NCBI RefSeq assembly: GCF_009914755.1
Contig: NC_060934.1
From: the human T2T-CHM13v2.0 reference genome, Homo sapiens
DNA: 64,000 nucleotides
Strand: one strand, 5' to 3'
This document shows, one piece after another, positions 30,727 through 43,842 of this stretch. Positions within the stretch are counted from its first letter, which is position 1, and every line of letters starts with the position of its first letter. A program made the position numbers and the translations under genes. The notes under the pieces are model-generated. The model ran no database searches and had not been told where the DNA came from. It saw only the letters and a list, made by a program, of their open reading frames with translations.

Positions 30727-31099
30727 GTCATCTCCCACCCCTGTAGACCTATGAGGATAAACTGGCAGATACTTTAGTTAGCCTGTGCAAGGTCAGCAGA
30801 GGAGAGGCAGGAATGTTGAGGCTCAAACTCAGGGCCTCTGCTCACAGTCTTGGCTTTACTCTCTGCCTCGTCCCAAACACACCTTGCTTCTTCTCCCACT
30901 GTGTCTGTGAAGGGAGAGGGAAGGATTAGATTTTAGAGGCGAGAAGCACTGAGCCAATGACACGACGATCCTGGATTACCCTACTTAGAGGCATAGATGG
31001 GTTGGAAGCCTAACATTTTCAGACTAATTTTCAAGAAGCTTCATCCAAGTACTTAGGATGAGCCAATGGCAGAAGAAATATTCAGAAGTAAATCCCCTA

Positions 31100-31258
31100 G
31101 ACCTGCTTCTTAAATTTTAATGTACATGCAAATCCCCTAGAAATGGTGTGGGAATGCAGATTCAGATTCAGCAGGTCCGGGTGGGGCTGAGGCTCTGTAT
31201 GGCTAACCAGGGTGATGCAGAAGTTTCTGGTCTGTGGACCAGACTTTGAGTAGCAGGG
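31100..31258. mobile_element. MER5A/B hAT-Charlie MITE
   Basis: aatgcagattcagattcagcaggtccgggtggggctgagg...ggtctgtggaccagactttgagtagcagg. Confidence 0.75.
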
Positions 31259-32331
31259 CCCTAGACCACAGGTTTCCTGACTAGATTCCTGGGTTTCCTG
31301 AAGATGACTCAGGTGCTGGCCTGGGGGGCTGTGCAATGGGGTTTCTGAATCACATCTCTCTTGGAAAAAAGGGTTTATCCTGCTTTGAAAATAAGTTTGA
31401 AAGCCACAACCCTAAATATAATACCCCATGCACTTGGAGGTACTTATTTTAATGTGTGGCAAGAAATTTCTGTCCCCAAAGAGAAATTCTTTTATATGCT
31501 TTGCTGACTCAGGGGAATCAGTGCCCATATTTGGACAGCTGGCCTTACAGTGACCTCACTGCTACCTAATGGAAAATGTTGAAGGTACTCTACTTAGAAA
31601 TAATTATATTTACATAGCCTCTGTGTTCTCTCCCCCCAATCCCTCTCTCTCTCTCTGTCTCTCTCTCTCTCATAGATTCTTGCAGAAAAAAAAGAACACT
31701 TGCTTCTGGAATTCATCAGTTCCAGCTGTTTACTTCCATTGAGGCCAGAAACTTATTTTTTTTCCCTGTGTTTAAGTTTTTTATGGGAGCGAAGGGTAAG
31801 GAAGGCTTCCATGACTACAATCATGAAAAATCGGTCTATTGAGTGAGAGCTCACCACCAGACCAGAGAAAACAAGATATTGGGGCATTGAACGGGAAGGT
31901 CCTGAATATAATCCTGTGTTCTCCCTATGTGTTCTGCAAGAAAAGAATTCTGTGATCAAGCGTGTTAGGAAAATGCAGTGTTAAACAAACTTCTCTCCTA
32001 TAGGATTTCTTAGAGCCTTTTATGAGATAATATGGTTATAACTCCCCCAGAGGCAATAAGTGTCTGCAATGTTTCCCAAACTTCCTTAAATAGAGTCCAC
32101 TTTCATGGAACATCTTGAGGAACACTAGAAGTCCATGGAATCTGACTTCTGCAAGCAGCTGATCAAACCCCAGCTCTAGAGCACCAGATTCAGACGAGAT
32201 CAGGCACATTCAGGGTGGAATGACCAAAGACTAGAAGGCCTGATTCAATCCCTAAACCTGGGAAAACACCTTCCTTGTGGGCTGGTTCCCCAAATGATCA
32301 GACACCAAGACCTTCCATCTCTGGAATTATA

Positions 32332-32361
32332 GTTCTAGAAAATTCTAGAAAGTTCTGGAAA
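32332..32361. promoter_or_regulatory. Heat-shock element (6 perfect alternating nGAAn pentamers)
   Basis: gTTCt aGAAa aTTCt aGAAa gTTCt gGAAa. Confidence 0.65.
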
Positions 32362-33056
32362 GTTTTTGGCTAAGACTTGGACCATCCCTGGGAGTTTGGT
32401 GCAGAGGCTGAGCTACAGAGTCACCTCAGTGGCCAAGACTTAGGAATCATCCCACAGTCCTGCAAGTGCACAGTGGGGACTTAGTTTCATTCCCCATGTG
32501 TCTCCAGAGTGGCCCACAGGGAGCCGTCTACATACGTGGGTTTGGGTGAATGTGGGGAATCAGCAAGGAGGGGTTGCCCCTGCTAGAGGGTGTGCAGAGC
32601 TCCCAGGAGCCCTCTGCTTGTGTGGGAGGAAGAAGAGCTCGTGGGGAAAGGCAATGCATGGATGTCCCATGCAGGCCCAGACTAGGCAAGACCTAGACGT
32701 GCATCTAGTCCCCTTTAGCTTCTCTCCTGCCTCAGTCTACCACTTCCCAAACAAGGTAGTGAGGTGGCTGTAAGGACACTCCAGGTCTGACAGTCAAAGC
32801 TGCTAGAACAGCATGTCCTAAGTGTGATGCCATCACATTAGAAGTCTAGGTGCACACACTTTTTTTTAATTTTAGTGGTTATGTACTTGTTTTACCATTT
32901 ATAAGAAAACAAAAGTGAATGGTCCCTCGAGCCTCTGCTTTCACAGATGTTTGTGCTTTGAGGGAGGCTAATGCAGGTGGACCTGGAGCTCCTGGCTGTG
33001 TTCAGCTCCAGAATCATGCCCAGATAGGAGCAGAGCTGGCAAAAACTGTGAGCAGG

Positions 33057-33757
33057 TGTGTTAGTCTGCTTGGCGTGGCTGTCAAGTCATACCTGAGGCT
33101 GGGTAATTTAGGCAGAAAAAAGGTTTATTTAGCTCATGGTTCAGCAAAGAGTATAAGAAGCATGGTGCCAGGGCTGGGTGCACTGGCTCACGCCTGTAAT
33201 CCCAGCACTTTGAGAGGCTGAGGCAAGTGGATCACTTGAGGTCAGGAGCTCAAGACCAGCCTGGCCAACATGGTGAAGCCCTATCACTACTCAAAATACA
33301 AAAATTAGCCTGGCGTGGTGGCAGGCACTTGTAATCCCAGCTACTCAGGAGGCTTAGGCAGGAGAATTACTTGAACCCAGGAGGCTGAGATGGTGCCATT
33401 GCACTCCAGCCTGGGTGATAGAGTGAGTGAGACCCTACCTCAAAAAAAAAAGCATGGCACCAGCACTTGCTTCTGGTGAGGCCTCAGGAACCTTCTACCA
33501 CTCATGGCAGAAGGGGAAGGGGGGGAACAGGCATGTCACATGACAGGAGAGGGAGCAAGAGAGATAAAAGAGGAGGTGTCAGTTTCCCTTAAACAACCAG
33601 CTCTTATGTGAACTAATAGAGCGAGAACTCACTCATTACCGTGGGAGGGAGGCATCTGCCCCCGTGACCCAAACACCTCCCATCAGGCCCCGCCTCCAAC
33701 ATCAGGGATCACATTTCAACATGAGATTTGGAGGGGACAAACATATAAACTGTATCA
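33057..33757 (-). mobile_element. MSTB-like MaLR LTR with AluS inserted (33171-33451, plus)
   Basis: tgtgttagtctgcttggcgtggct...acctgaggctgggtaattta...gaggggacaaacatataaactgtatca; the Alu is flanked by AAGCATGG(TG/CA)CCAG. Confidence 0.85.
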
Positions 33758-34264
33758 GCAGGTAAAGGAGGACTGAAGCTATAGACTCAGGGAAATCCAG
33801 AATTCTTGGAAAGTACACCTCCTAATTGCCAGACAGCAGGTCACTGGGGCTGGGAGACAGAGCTGATGGTCCCCCGAAGTGACAGGCCTGCGGACGTGTA
33901 AGAAAGTCTAAGGATGAAGAGCAAATAGGCTGTGCGTAGCTCCCTACCCAGCCTTCCCATCTGGCTTCTTTCTCTTTGCATTCCAAGGCCTGGATTTAAT
34001 TCACTGGATGAGATTATGTTAATACGTCCTGTTCCCAAGTACACCTTTGGCAGAAGCTGTATTTAAACTAAAATGTAAGAGAGAACTCCTTCAGTTAACT
34101 CAAAATAGGTCTCCCTTTGACCCCTTAATGCTGCAGTTTGACACAAGACTCTGCATACACAAGTGGTCAGGCTTAAATAATGTAAAACGTTCTATTTTCT
34201 GACTATGGCTCCAATCTGGTTTAGGCGAGAGGGCTGTGTACATTTATCACTCTCCTGCAGAGAG

Positions 34265-34470
34265 TAATAATAGTCCCTGGGACTTGGTGAGGGCTCATTA
34301 TGTGTCAGGCACTATTCTAAGAACTTGACGTATTAACTCCTTTCACCCTGTGAGCCAGGGACTGTTACTACTCCCATTTTACAGAGAGGCTAAATCATAC
34401 CCAAGGTCACACAGCCAGCAAGGTGTAGAGCTGGGGTTTCAAGTCTTTAACTCACTACACTGCCTCCTTG
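34265..34470 (-). mobile_element. MIR
   Basis: tatgtgtcaggcactattctaag...cccattttacagagaggct...ccaaggtcacacagc. Confidence 0.7.
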
Positions 34471-34632
34471 GGGAGAAGGTTTAAGACCTGTATCCTTTCT
34501 GGTCATATGCTCAGAAAACAAAACAAAACAAAACAAAACAAAAACAAAAAAAACACCAGACGTGTGGATTTTCAGCCAAATATTTTTCAGTATGGATTTA
34601 TGGATTGAGGTTACCAAAAAGTCTCCTCTAGA

Positions 34633-34936
34633 GGCCGGGCACGGTGGCTCATGCCTATAATCCCAGCACTTTGGGAGGCCAAGGTGGGTGGATCACGAGT
34701 TCAGGAGTTTAAGACCAGCCTGGCCCAGATGGTGAAACCCCGTCTCTACTAAAAAATACAAAAATATTAGCTGGACATGGTGGCGGGTGCCTGTAATCCC
34801 TGCTACTTGGAAAACTGAGGCAGAGAATTGCTTGAACCCGGGAGGCGGAGGTTGCAGTGAGCCAAGATTGCGCCATTACACTCTAGCCTGGGCAACAGAG
34901 CAAGACTCTGTCTCAAAAATCAAACAAACAAACAAA
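34633..34936 (+). mobile_element. AluS
   Basis: Full Alu with TSD AAAGT(C/T)TCCTCTAGA. Confidence 0.92.
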
Positions 34937-36229
34937 GTTTCCTCTAGAATAACATGGGAATCTAAACATCTAGAGGACTCTCCAGGTGGCTGGGTTTTAG
35001 GTATGTGACCATGGCCCTCAAAAAACGAGACTGAGGCATGTGTCTGTGATCCCCGAGCCCCCCCACTGGGGAGAGGGCCAGGAGAGAGGGAGAAGGGAGC
35101 TCAGGAGTTGAGAAATCCCTTCTTCAACCTTCATCCTAGGGTTAGATGCTGGAGAGAGAACCAGTCCAAAGCTCTGTCCCGTGAGCTGCCAGGGAACCCC
35201 ATGCATGGTACTGGGGTATTGGAGGGAAGCTGGTTCAACTCACTCCTCAAAGTCAACCCAACCACGGTGCAGAGGGACCCATTTTGTGCAGAACTGCAGT
35301 ACTGTGCAGTTTTGGACCTGTCCTTTGGACCTGAAATCAAGGCAGGCTGTGGAGTCCACTCTGCAAGCTCTCGTGTCTGTTCATTGAGTTACCAGCAGCT
35401 TCCTGCCACTGGCCCGTGTAGCCCTTGGTCAACAGGCCATGACTACAGCTACTGGCCTGGAGCCAGTGCTGTCGACAGGAGGAAGTGGGCTGGGGCTTGG
35501 CTTCTAAGGCTGTAGGGGCTGATAAGTGGCCAAGCAGGACCCTGCTCATGCAGCCTTGACCCAGAGGCATCCCTGCAGGCTGGCGGGTGGAGGGGCTGAC
35601 CTCACTGCCCTCGGGCTCGTCTGGCCTCCTCTGGCCTCGCCCTCTCTGGCGGGTCCCCTTCCCTCTGGGTGCTCCAAGTGCTGGTGAATCCAACCTGCTC
35701 TCTCCAGCCAACCCCTCTCCTCTCACCTCCTGACATACAACTGTCCACCTGACATGTTCAAACGTCACTGCCCCACCAGGCCTGCTCATCCGGCAAACTC
35801 CCCAGCTCAGCTGATGTAGGCACGGCTTTGCTAACCTCAGCTCCAGAGGTGGCGGGGGAGGAGGGTCAGCTAGGGAAGCCCCAGCTGTGACAGAGACACT
35901 TTTTCCTCCTCTCTCTAGATCTCAGGAAAGCTCAGAGACCCAGGACCCACCTAGGAAGGTGGCTGTTTTCAAGGAAGAGGGGCAGTTGGTAACTTGCCAG
36001 TCACAGACTGGACTGGCGGGGAAAGGTTGGAAACTCCTGAGAGATGGGCAGGTGAGGAGTCCCTTGGCCTCCCCCAGCACAGAACAGACAGCCACCCTGG
36101 TGTCCTCTTGTGTCTCTGCAATACAGTGAGCTCCTGAGGGCAGGACCTGCGTGAGTGGAGCTCGGAACCTCGCACAGGGCAGGTGCTCACTAAGGGCTTG
36201 CAGGCAAGCTAGGCAATGGCCTCTGGGGA

Positions 36230-37010
36230 CACTCCCTACGACGCCTGCACGTTTTTAGCAATGAGCAAACACTCTGCAGGGGTGTCTGAGTAGAAGCTGT
36301 GGGCTCCCCAAATCTTGCCGCGTGGTTGGTTTCTTGGGATCCGCCAGTTCTGTTCGAGGGCAGTCAGCCGCGTCTGCCGCAAGGCTATTCCAGAGTGGCC
36401 CCACCGCTCCACCCACTCTGGGTAACTCATGGGCACACCCTGGAAACCAGAAAAACAGTGGAGCTCTGCCTGTCCCCGAAGGAAAGAATTACATTGCCGC
36501 AAGCAATTTGGAAAGGAGCAAGGAGCTTGGAAACTCGGAGCAAGCGGAATCATCTCCTACCGCCCCGCTTCTGCTCGGCTCAGGGCGCACGATGAAAAGG
36601 CTGAATTTGTCACATTTCCCCACACTCAGTCCCAAACAGGCTATCCCAGTCGTCTCTCCCTCCGGAGGAGACCCCTTCCCCTTCACAGCTCCCTTGCAGC
36701 TCTCTTTTTTTCTGCTAGCTTGCAGCTTTAAGGGGTAGGAGTCCGATTCTGAAGCTTGAAGCCTGGGCCACTTTTCCACAGGGTGCTTGGCATTGCCGGG
36801 GACCAGAACTGTAACCGCCCGGAGCTGTACGAACCTGCACACAGTCTCTGCCCAGCCGCCCAGAGTCCATCCTGGCCTTTCTCTCCAGTTTCCTCCCTTC
36901 ATGGTCCCAGGCTTTTTCCCCAAAATGAGAGAAGTCCCCAGCTTGGAATCCCAGAGACCTGCAAAGCCGTAAGGAACGGCTCCATTTTGCATGACGCTAG
37001 TTAGCCAGCA
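36230..37010. promoter_or_regulatory. Weak CpG-rich, non-repetitive block (candidate enhancer/lncRNA promoter)
   Basis: Roughly 30 CpGs by eye in ~780 bp, with a GC box CCGCCCC near 36560 and no repeat signature. Confidence 0.5.
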
Positions 37011-38204
37011 GATCACTGGAAAACTCAACTACATTTCAAGCAAGCAAGTTGGAAAGAATGTTGGGCTTCACTGGGATTTAATATGACAGGTTTCTGGCTC
37101 TGTGAATTTAGATAAGATTAACTCTTCATTCTTAAGGAAAGAAAAAAAACCCCAGCTCTCTGCAATATCAGTTTAGGGGGAAAATGTGCTGCTTTGAAAG
37201 CATCGAAGGCAGTCCGATTTGCACGTCCCCTCTTTCTGGGGCTGCATACTTTCTGTGTCTGATAATATGTTTGTTATACCTCGTCTCTGCCAGGGACACA
37301 TACAGTAAATTGTCAGCTCAAACCATGTAATCTTTTAACCGTAAGGTTCCAACATCTGTTGACCAGTTGTTGCATGGTTGAATCATTAACATGGCTTCTA
37401 ATTTTACTCTTTGAATTTAACATAAAACATTTTAATGAGTATATGTAATTCATACTTTCCAACTTCAGAGAGTCCTGAAAGAGAAACCTATGCTTTTATA
37501 ACCCAAGCCTCTGAAGTAAACAGTTTTATTTTTAAATCTCATTTCCTCCCGTTCCCCTTACACAAATGCATTATAAAACAGACCCATTGGACGTTATCTC
37601 CCTTTCCAAAAAAAAAAAAAAAAATGCATTCAAATATTTGTCTAGGTTTCGGTGAAGAGTCCCCTAAGCTTTGTGCTCATAGGATATGTCAGATGGGCCC
37701 ATTCTTCATTTGGAGATTAGATAAGGCTGTGAGCCCCCATTCCTCCATCTGTAAAAACAAATTGAAAACTGGCATAAGAAAGACAATCCCTGAGTCATGC
37801 TGGGAAAATTCGGTTTTAAAACTTGCTTTCGCTCTCATGCCTGTTTTTACTGAAATGAGATGGATTTAGTCATGGTTTGTTCCTGCCAACTGAGTTCACT
37901 TTTCCCATTTCCCCCTTCTCTGGGTATGCCTTCAACCTCCAGCCTCGAAAGTGACTGCGTTTGATTAAATGCAATTTTGGATTGAACTTTTTATTCAGAG
38001 ACATTCCTCTCTTAATATATTTTGAGGTATTTTTTAGGAACAGACTCTAACAGGCCAGAGTAGAAATGTTCAATCCGATAACGTGTGTGACTGATAAAGC
38101 CCTCCCTCTAACAACTCCTTGCTATAGCTGTGTTTATCATTCACTAGCTCCTGGAGAATTTCAGAAGGAATCCCATGTTAGCATCTGCTTCCTCCTGGGG
38201 AATC

Positions 38205-38519
38205 TTCTTTATTTCTATTTTTTATTTTTATAGAGACAGCATTTCACTCTGTTGCCTAGGCTGTAGTGCCGTGGCGTGATCACAGCTCACTGCAGCCTCG
38301 AACTCCTGGTCTCAAGTGATTTCCCCACCTCAGCCTCCTGAGTAGCAGAGACTATGGGTGTGCACCACTACATCTGGCTAGTTTTTAAAATTTTTTGTAG
38401 AGATGGGGGTCTCATTATATTGCCCAGGCTGGTCTCGAACTCCTGGGCTCAAGTGATCCTCCCATGTCTCAGCCTCCTAAAGCACTGGGTTTACAGATGT
38501 GAGCCACCATGCCCAGCCC
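38205..38519 (-). mobile_element. AluJ
   Basis: Diverged dimeric Alu. Confidence 0.88.
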
Positions 38520-40466
38520 ATGACACTTTCAAAGCAAAAGGCCTGGAACTAACCTTGCTAGTGTGGCTTCTTAACTCCTGTTGGAAGTCTCTCTCCTAAG
38601 AGACCTTCGACAGCAATGTCACTAAAGAACGACCGGAGTGAAATGCCTTTTGCTTGTGACAGATTAAAGAAATAGCTTCCTTTTGAGTCTCTCAAGTTCA
38701 GGCAAGTTCAGAAGCAAGATCACAACACAGCATTTAGTGTGTGGCCAGAGATAAGGCGACCCCAGTCAAGATAAGGTTCCTCTGTGCATTGGTGGCTTTG
38801 TGTTCAGTGCTACCAGTGACTTGGGTACTTTCTGGGAGTGTTACGAGTGACGTGGGTACCTAGGAGTGAAGCAGAAGAAAAGTGCTACCTCCTTGGCTCT
38901 TGCCTAGCCAGGAAAGAAAAATGACAAGCAAGTAAATTGTGTGCCTATGGCAGTAAAGTTTTCCTAACAAAAAGCTGAAGAAACTTTTCTAGATATTTTA
39001 GGGGGACTAGGGATTTACTGCGAATCTAGAATTATTGGGGGACAGCACTTGTAAAACATAATTTTCGAGCTAGGGGCCAGTGATGGGGCGGGGCTCCAGC
39101 AGGGGCTGGGTGATGGAATTGGGGAGGAATTTAGAAATCATCTAGTCCAAGGGCTTTCTTTTGAGATGAGGAAATGGAGTGTGCATGAGAGGTGTCACCC
39201 CCAGCAACTTTCCGTGTCAGAAATTCTCTAAAGAAGATTGAGGGAGAGAAGAGAAGAGATGGGTAGCCACAGGGGAAGGAGGAAGAGGGATTCAGAGAGG
39301 GGGCCAGGAGAGAGGGGAGCAGGTGAGGAGAGAGGAGGGAGTCAGAGGCGTCGGCTGGGAGGGAAGGAGCCACTCCCGCCCTCTGCAATCCATGGCTGAG
39401 CTTCGAGGTGGCGCGGGTTATTTCAGTTCTATCCCCTGAGCTCTTTCCCCTGTCCCTGCCCAGTGGCAGCACAGGCTTCCTCAGGAGGAGTTCTGTCTCC
39501 CTCCAGAGGAGCAGGCCTAATGCAGAAGCTAGAGCGGTGCGTGTTTCAACAGAACACAAAAGCAAATCTCTATGGAGATCATGCATGCACAATGACACAG
39601 CCCATAAACTGCTCCAGTGCCCTCCCTGCTGAAGGTATAAAGCCCCATCCTTGGAACAATTCACGTTTTTAAATAAACCCATGTTGGGTGCCACTGTGGC
39701 CATCTGCTGCGGCCTCTGTGCCATCCTCCCTGCTCTGCGGGACTCCTTAGCCACCCTCTGGTCCTGCTGGCCTCTCAGGGCTGGCCAGTGTGGGTGCAGG
39801 GCTTCTCAGGGGCAGGAGGAGCAAACAGTGGGGGCAGAAGGGGCCGCGGCGCTCATCACACTAGGAGGGTCCTGGGATGAGCCCGCGGCATCCATACCAA
39901 GCCAGAGAATGGTGTCCCCCTCACTCTGAACACCCATCGCCCCTTCTGAATCCCTCCAAGGGTGGCATTGACAACAGGGTGACAGATGGGTACTGGAAGG
40001 AAAGAGAACACAAAGGAAAAAGATGATCTCTCCACCCAGATGACCACAGGCACCTCAACCTCATCATGTCACAGGCACTCTCGTCAGCCTTCTCTTCGCC
40101 CAGTAGCCTCTAGGATTGCTGGTCTTTGTTAATGGTGTCACTATCAGCATGGCTGGACGTGGGGAAGTGGGCCCCCTTTCCTTCCTCTCCTTAATTCCTG
40201 AAATCCAGCTGTCCCCAGGCCCTGCTGCATCCACCTTCAACCCTTCCCACCTGTGTGTCCTTCTTGGTGTGCATGGCCCACACCCAGGAATTGTCAATCG
40301 ACAATGTGTCTAATTCACCTCCCAGTTTAGGCCTCTGTCATTTCTGGCTTGGACTAAAGTAGCTGCCTCCTAAAAGCTTTCCTTGCCTTTGATGATCCAA
40401 CCTTAACATTGTCAAGGGCAAACAAACAAACAAATTAATACATTTTGAGGTCAAAATATATTTTGG

Positions 40467-40870
40467 ACCTGGAAAACTTTAGAAATCACAGCAGCGCAGG
40501 CCAAGTAGATCCAAGTCTCTGAAGTGGAAGCAGGCGCGGGGTTTTGAAAGCTCCCTCAGAGATCCCTGTGTGCGGCAAGGCTGAGGACCTGTGCTTGGAG
40601 CTGTCAGCACAGCCTGCCTGCTGTCCCAGCCCCCAGGACCTCACGTACTTAGCTGCTGCTGACAAAAAAAAGCAAAAAAGCAAAACAAAACTAACTAAAC
40701 TAAACAAAAAAACCCAACCAAACAAACCAGGCTTATGCCCGTTGTCTCAACTATTTAGGAGGCTGAGGTAGGAGCATGGTTTGAGCCCAAGAGTTGGAGG
40801 CTTCAGTGAGCTGTGATCATGCAATTGCACTTCAGCCTGGGCTACACAGCAAGACCCTGTCTCTAAGATG

Positions 40871-40921
<51 letters not shown>

Positions 40922-41634
40922 CAAATTAACAAAACACCAAACAAATCCTGACATTCTACTTAAAAAAAAAAATCCCCCATGCTCTCCATGACCCCAAGGA
41001 TAAGGTGGGACCCAGCTCAGCCTGTCTCCCCTGCACACACACCCAGAGCCCCCACAGCTCGTGTCATCAGCATGGTCCACCTCTGTGCCATCACCTGTGC
41101 TGCTGACTCTGTGCACAGGCCTCCAGGTCCCCCTTGAATGCCACCTCCTCTGGGAGTCCCTCCCCAAGTCTCCAGGGCAGAGTTAATCCATCTTTCCTCT
41201 GTTCTCCCACACACCTTATTCAAATGCCTGAGAGCCCTGTTTCACCCTGGCCTTTCCCTTTCTGGCTGCAAAGTCCTTGCCTGGTGCATGGAAAGGATGA
41301 AGGGCGGAGCTTGAGTGAGGGACTGGAGGACCAGATGGAGAATGCCAAGCCCCCTTTGAACTTGAGATCTCATTTCTACAGACCAGTCAACTCTGCCCAA
41401 GGCAGTGCTAATGAACTCTGGCCACACCCCACAACTACCTGGAAAACTTCAAAAATCACAGCAGCACAGGCCAAGTAGATCCAAGTCTCTGAGGTGGGAC
41501 CAGGCTCAGGGTTTTGAAAGCTCCCCCAGAGCTCCCCGTGTGCAGCAAGGCTGAGGGCCTGTGCTTGGAGCTGTCAGCAGAGCCTGCCTGCTAACCCAGC
41601 CCCCAGGACCTTATGTACGTAGCTGCTGCTGACA
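40467..41634 (+). repeat. Dispersed 198-bp direct repeat (40467-40664 and 41437-41634, ~90% identical, ungapped), containing a MER5-like fragment
   Basis: Manual alignment gives ~19 mismatches in 198 bp. Confidence 0.95.
40727..40920 (+). mobile_element. Alu monomer (FRAM/AluJ right arm) with (AAT)n tail
   Basis: ggaggctgaggtaggagcatggtttgagcccaagag...gcaagaccctgtctct followed by an (AAT)n run. Confidence 0.85.
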
Positions 41635-41639
41635 TGGGC

Positions 41640-42105
41640 GTTTAATTTCATTGATTGATTTACATTTATTTCAATAGCTTTTGGGGTACAGGTGGGTTTT
41701 GGTTACATGGATGAATTGTACAGTGGTGAAGTCTGAGATTTTAGTGCAGCTATCACCCGAATAGTGTACATCATACCCAGTATGTAGTTTTTTATCCCTC
41801 CCCTCCATCTCCTCCTTCTTCTGAGTCTCCAATGTTCATTATGTCACTGTATGCCCCTGTGTACCCATCGCTTAGTTCCCACTTACAAGTGAGAATATGC
41901 GGCATTTGGTTTTCCATTCCTGAGTTACTTCACTTAGAATAATGGCCTCCAGCTCCATCTAAGTTGCTGCAAAAGACATTACTTCATTCATTTTAATGGC
42001 TGAGTAGTATTCCATGGTGTATATACACCACATTTTCCTTATCCACCATTGGCCATTGAGCACTTAGGTGGGTTCCATAACTTTACAATGGTGAATTGTG
42101 CTGTG
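41640..42105 (-). mobile_element. L1PB/L1MA 3' end
   Basis: ttggggtacaggtgggttttggttacatggatgaa...cccacttacaagtgagaatatgcggcatttggttttccattcctgagttacttcacttagaataatggcctcc. Confidence 0.88.
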
Positions 42106-43112
42106 GGTGCTTTTGACCAGGGATCGATGGTGAACGTGCACTGCACGTTTGTGTGCATTTGTGTCTTTATGTGTGAAGGAGTGGTGTGGGACGAGGAATG
42201 GGGACCGCACCTGCAGTTAGGAAACCTGCATTCTAGACCTGGCTGTGTGAACAAGGGCAGGAAAGATGAACTCCTCTTGCAGGAAATCTGTGTTAGATCC
42301 AAGAAGGCAGGAGGACACGTAGGGGACTGTGCTATTGGAAAGGAGCTCTGATTTTGTCTGTTTGGCATGTCTTCCTTGAGGGGGCCTGAGCCCACTCTCC
42401 ATAGTGTGTATGTTCCCATTGGCTTCGGGTGGGGCTTTCTTTGTTCTAGTGAACAAAGTTCGAGTGAACCCAGGGTGGGCCTGTGAACTAGACTTGGACA
42501 AGAACGGGCACACCACCTAAACCCATGATCACCACCCCCCATGTCCTCCCTAGGACTTTGCTGGCCACTGGGGATGCCATATCCCCTTCTGTGCAGTTGT
42601 GAGATATAGGACATGTTTGGGGCCACCAGCATCCATCCCATCTCTGCATGCAGGGTCTGCTTGGAGAATAGACCCAACACAGCCCAAACTTTGTCCCAAA
42701 GACATTTGGAACAAGAGATGGGACCTTGATAACGTCGTTTGAGTCTCTAGAGGCAGTTGCCTGAACATTTTGGGTGGGGTAGACCAACCTCTTGCCCACC
42801 CCCACATTATTTTTGGCTTGAGGTGGGCTGAATTGGTTTGTTGTCACTGACAACCTGTGTGGACTGATACACTGATACTTCTTAAGAAGCTCATAGCAAG
42901 AGATCCCTTTATTTCTAGCCATGGGCAAATGATGACAATCCCTTAAAAGATGCCAAAACAGGCCACTGGGAAGGAGAGTTGAGATAAACAACTGTACATT
43001 ACATCAGCCAGTGCAGGATGAGACAGAATCTGGAGTTAGGATCAGTGAGCAGATGGAAAAGCTGGAAAGGAGGGATGGTGTCTAACTGGAGTGAGGAATG
43101 ATGGAGTGGAGA

Positions 43113-43181
43113 CAATATGGCAGCATTGAAAGAGGCAATATGGTGGCATTGAAAGAGGCAATATGGCAGCATTGAAAGAGG
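43113..43181 (+). repeat. 23-bp minisatellite, 3 copies (CAATATGGCAGCATTGAAAGAGG)
   Basis: Units start at 43113, 43136 and 43159; the middle unit has 2 substitutions. Confidence 0.95.
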
Positions 43182-43412
43182 TAGCAAAGAGATACTTTAT
43201 TCTGACTTTTTAAATCGTGCATTACTTGTGGCTCCTGGGTTGATGGTTTAGGTCTGGGGATGATTATAAGAGATAATTTTCCTTTTCTAAATATCTGCTG
43301 GTGACCCCTTTTCTCTCCTCTCCCGTTCTGCCACTTTAATCTCAGGTATCACATAAAGCCTTATCTTCTGGTTAACGAGCACTTTCTGAGCACCTCCTCT
43401 GTACCAACCTCA

Positions 43413-43842
<430 letters not shown>

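Noticed and set aside
39131-39754. 207-aa minus-strand ORF and nearby TATAAA (~39636)
   Set aside because: Low-complexity S/P/L composition from a purine-rich tract, ending in MIR-like sequence. No splice or homology support.
42039-42680. 213-aa minus-strand ORF
   Set aside because: No recognisable domain, and the C-terminus runs into an L1 fragment. Consistent with a chance ORF.
43113-43181. Possible CRISPR-like repeats (also 3434-3577 and 40467/41437)
   Set aside because: Eukaryotic DNA, no unique equal-length spacers and no cas genes. These are simple tandem or local duplications.
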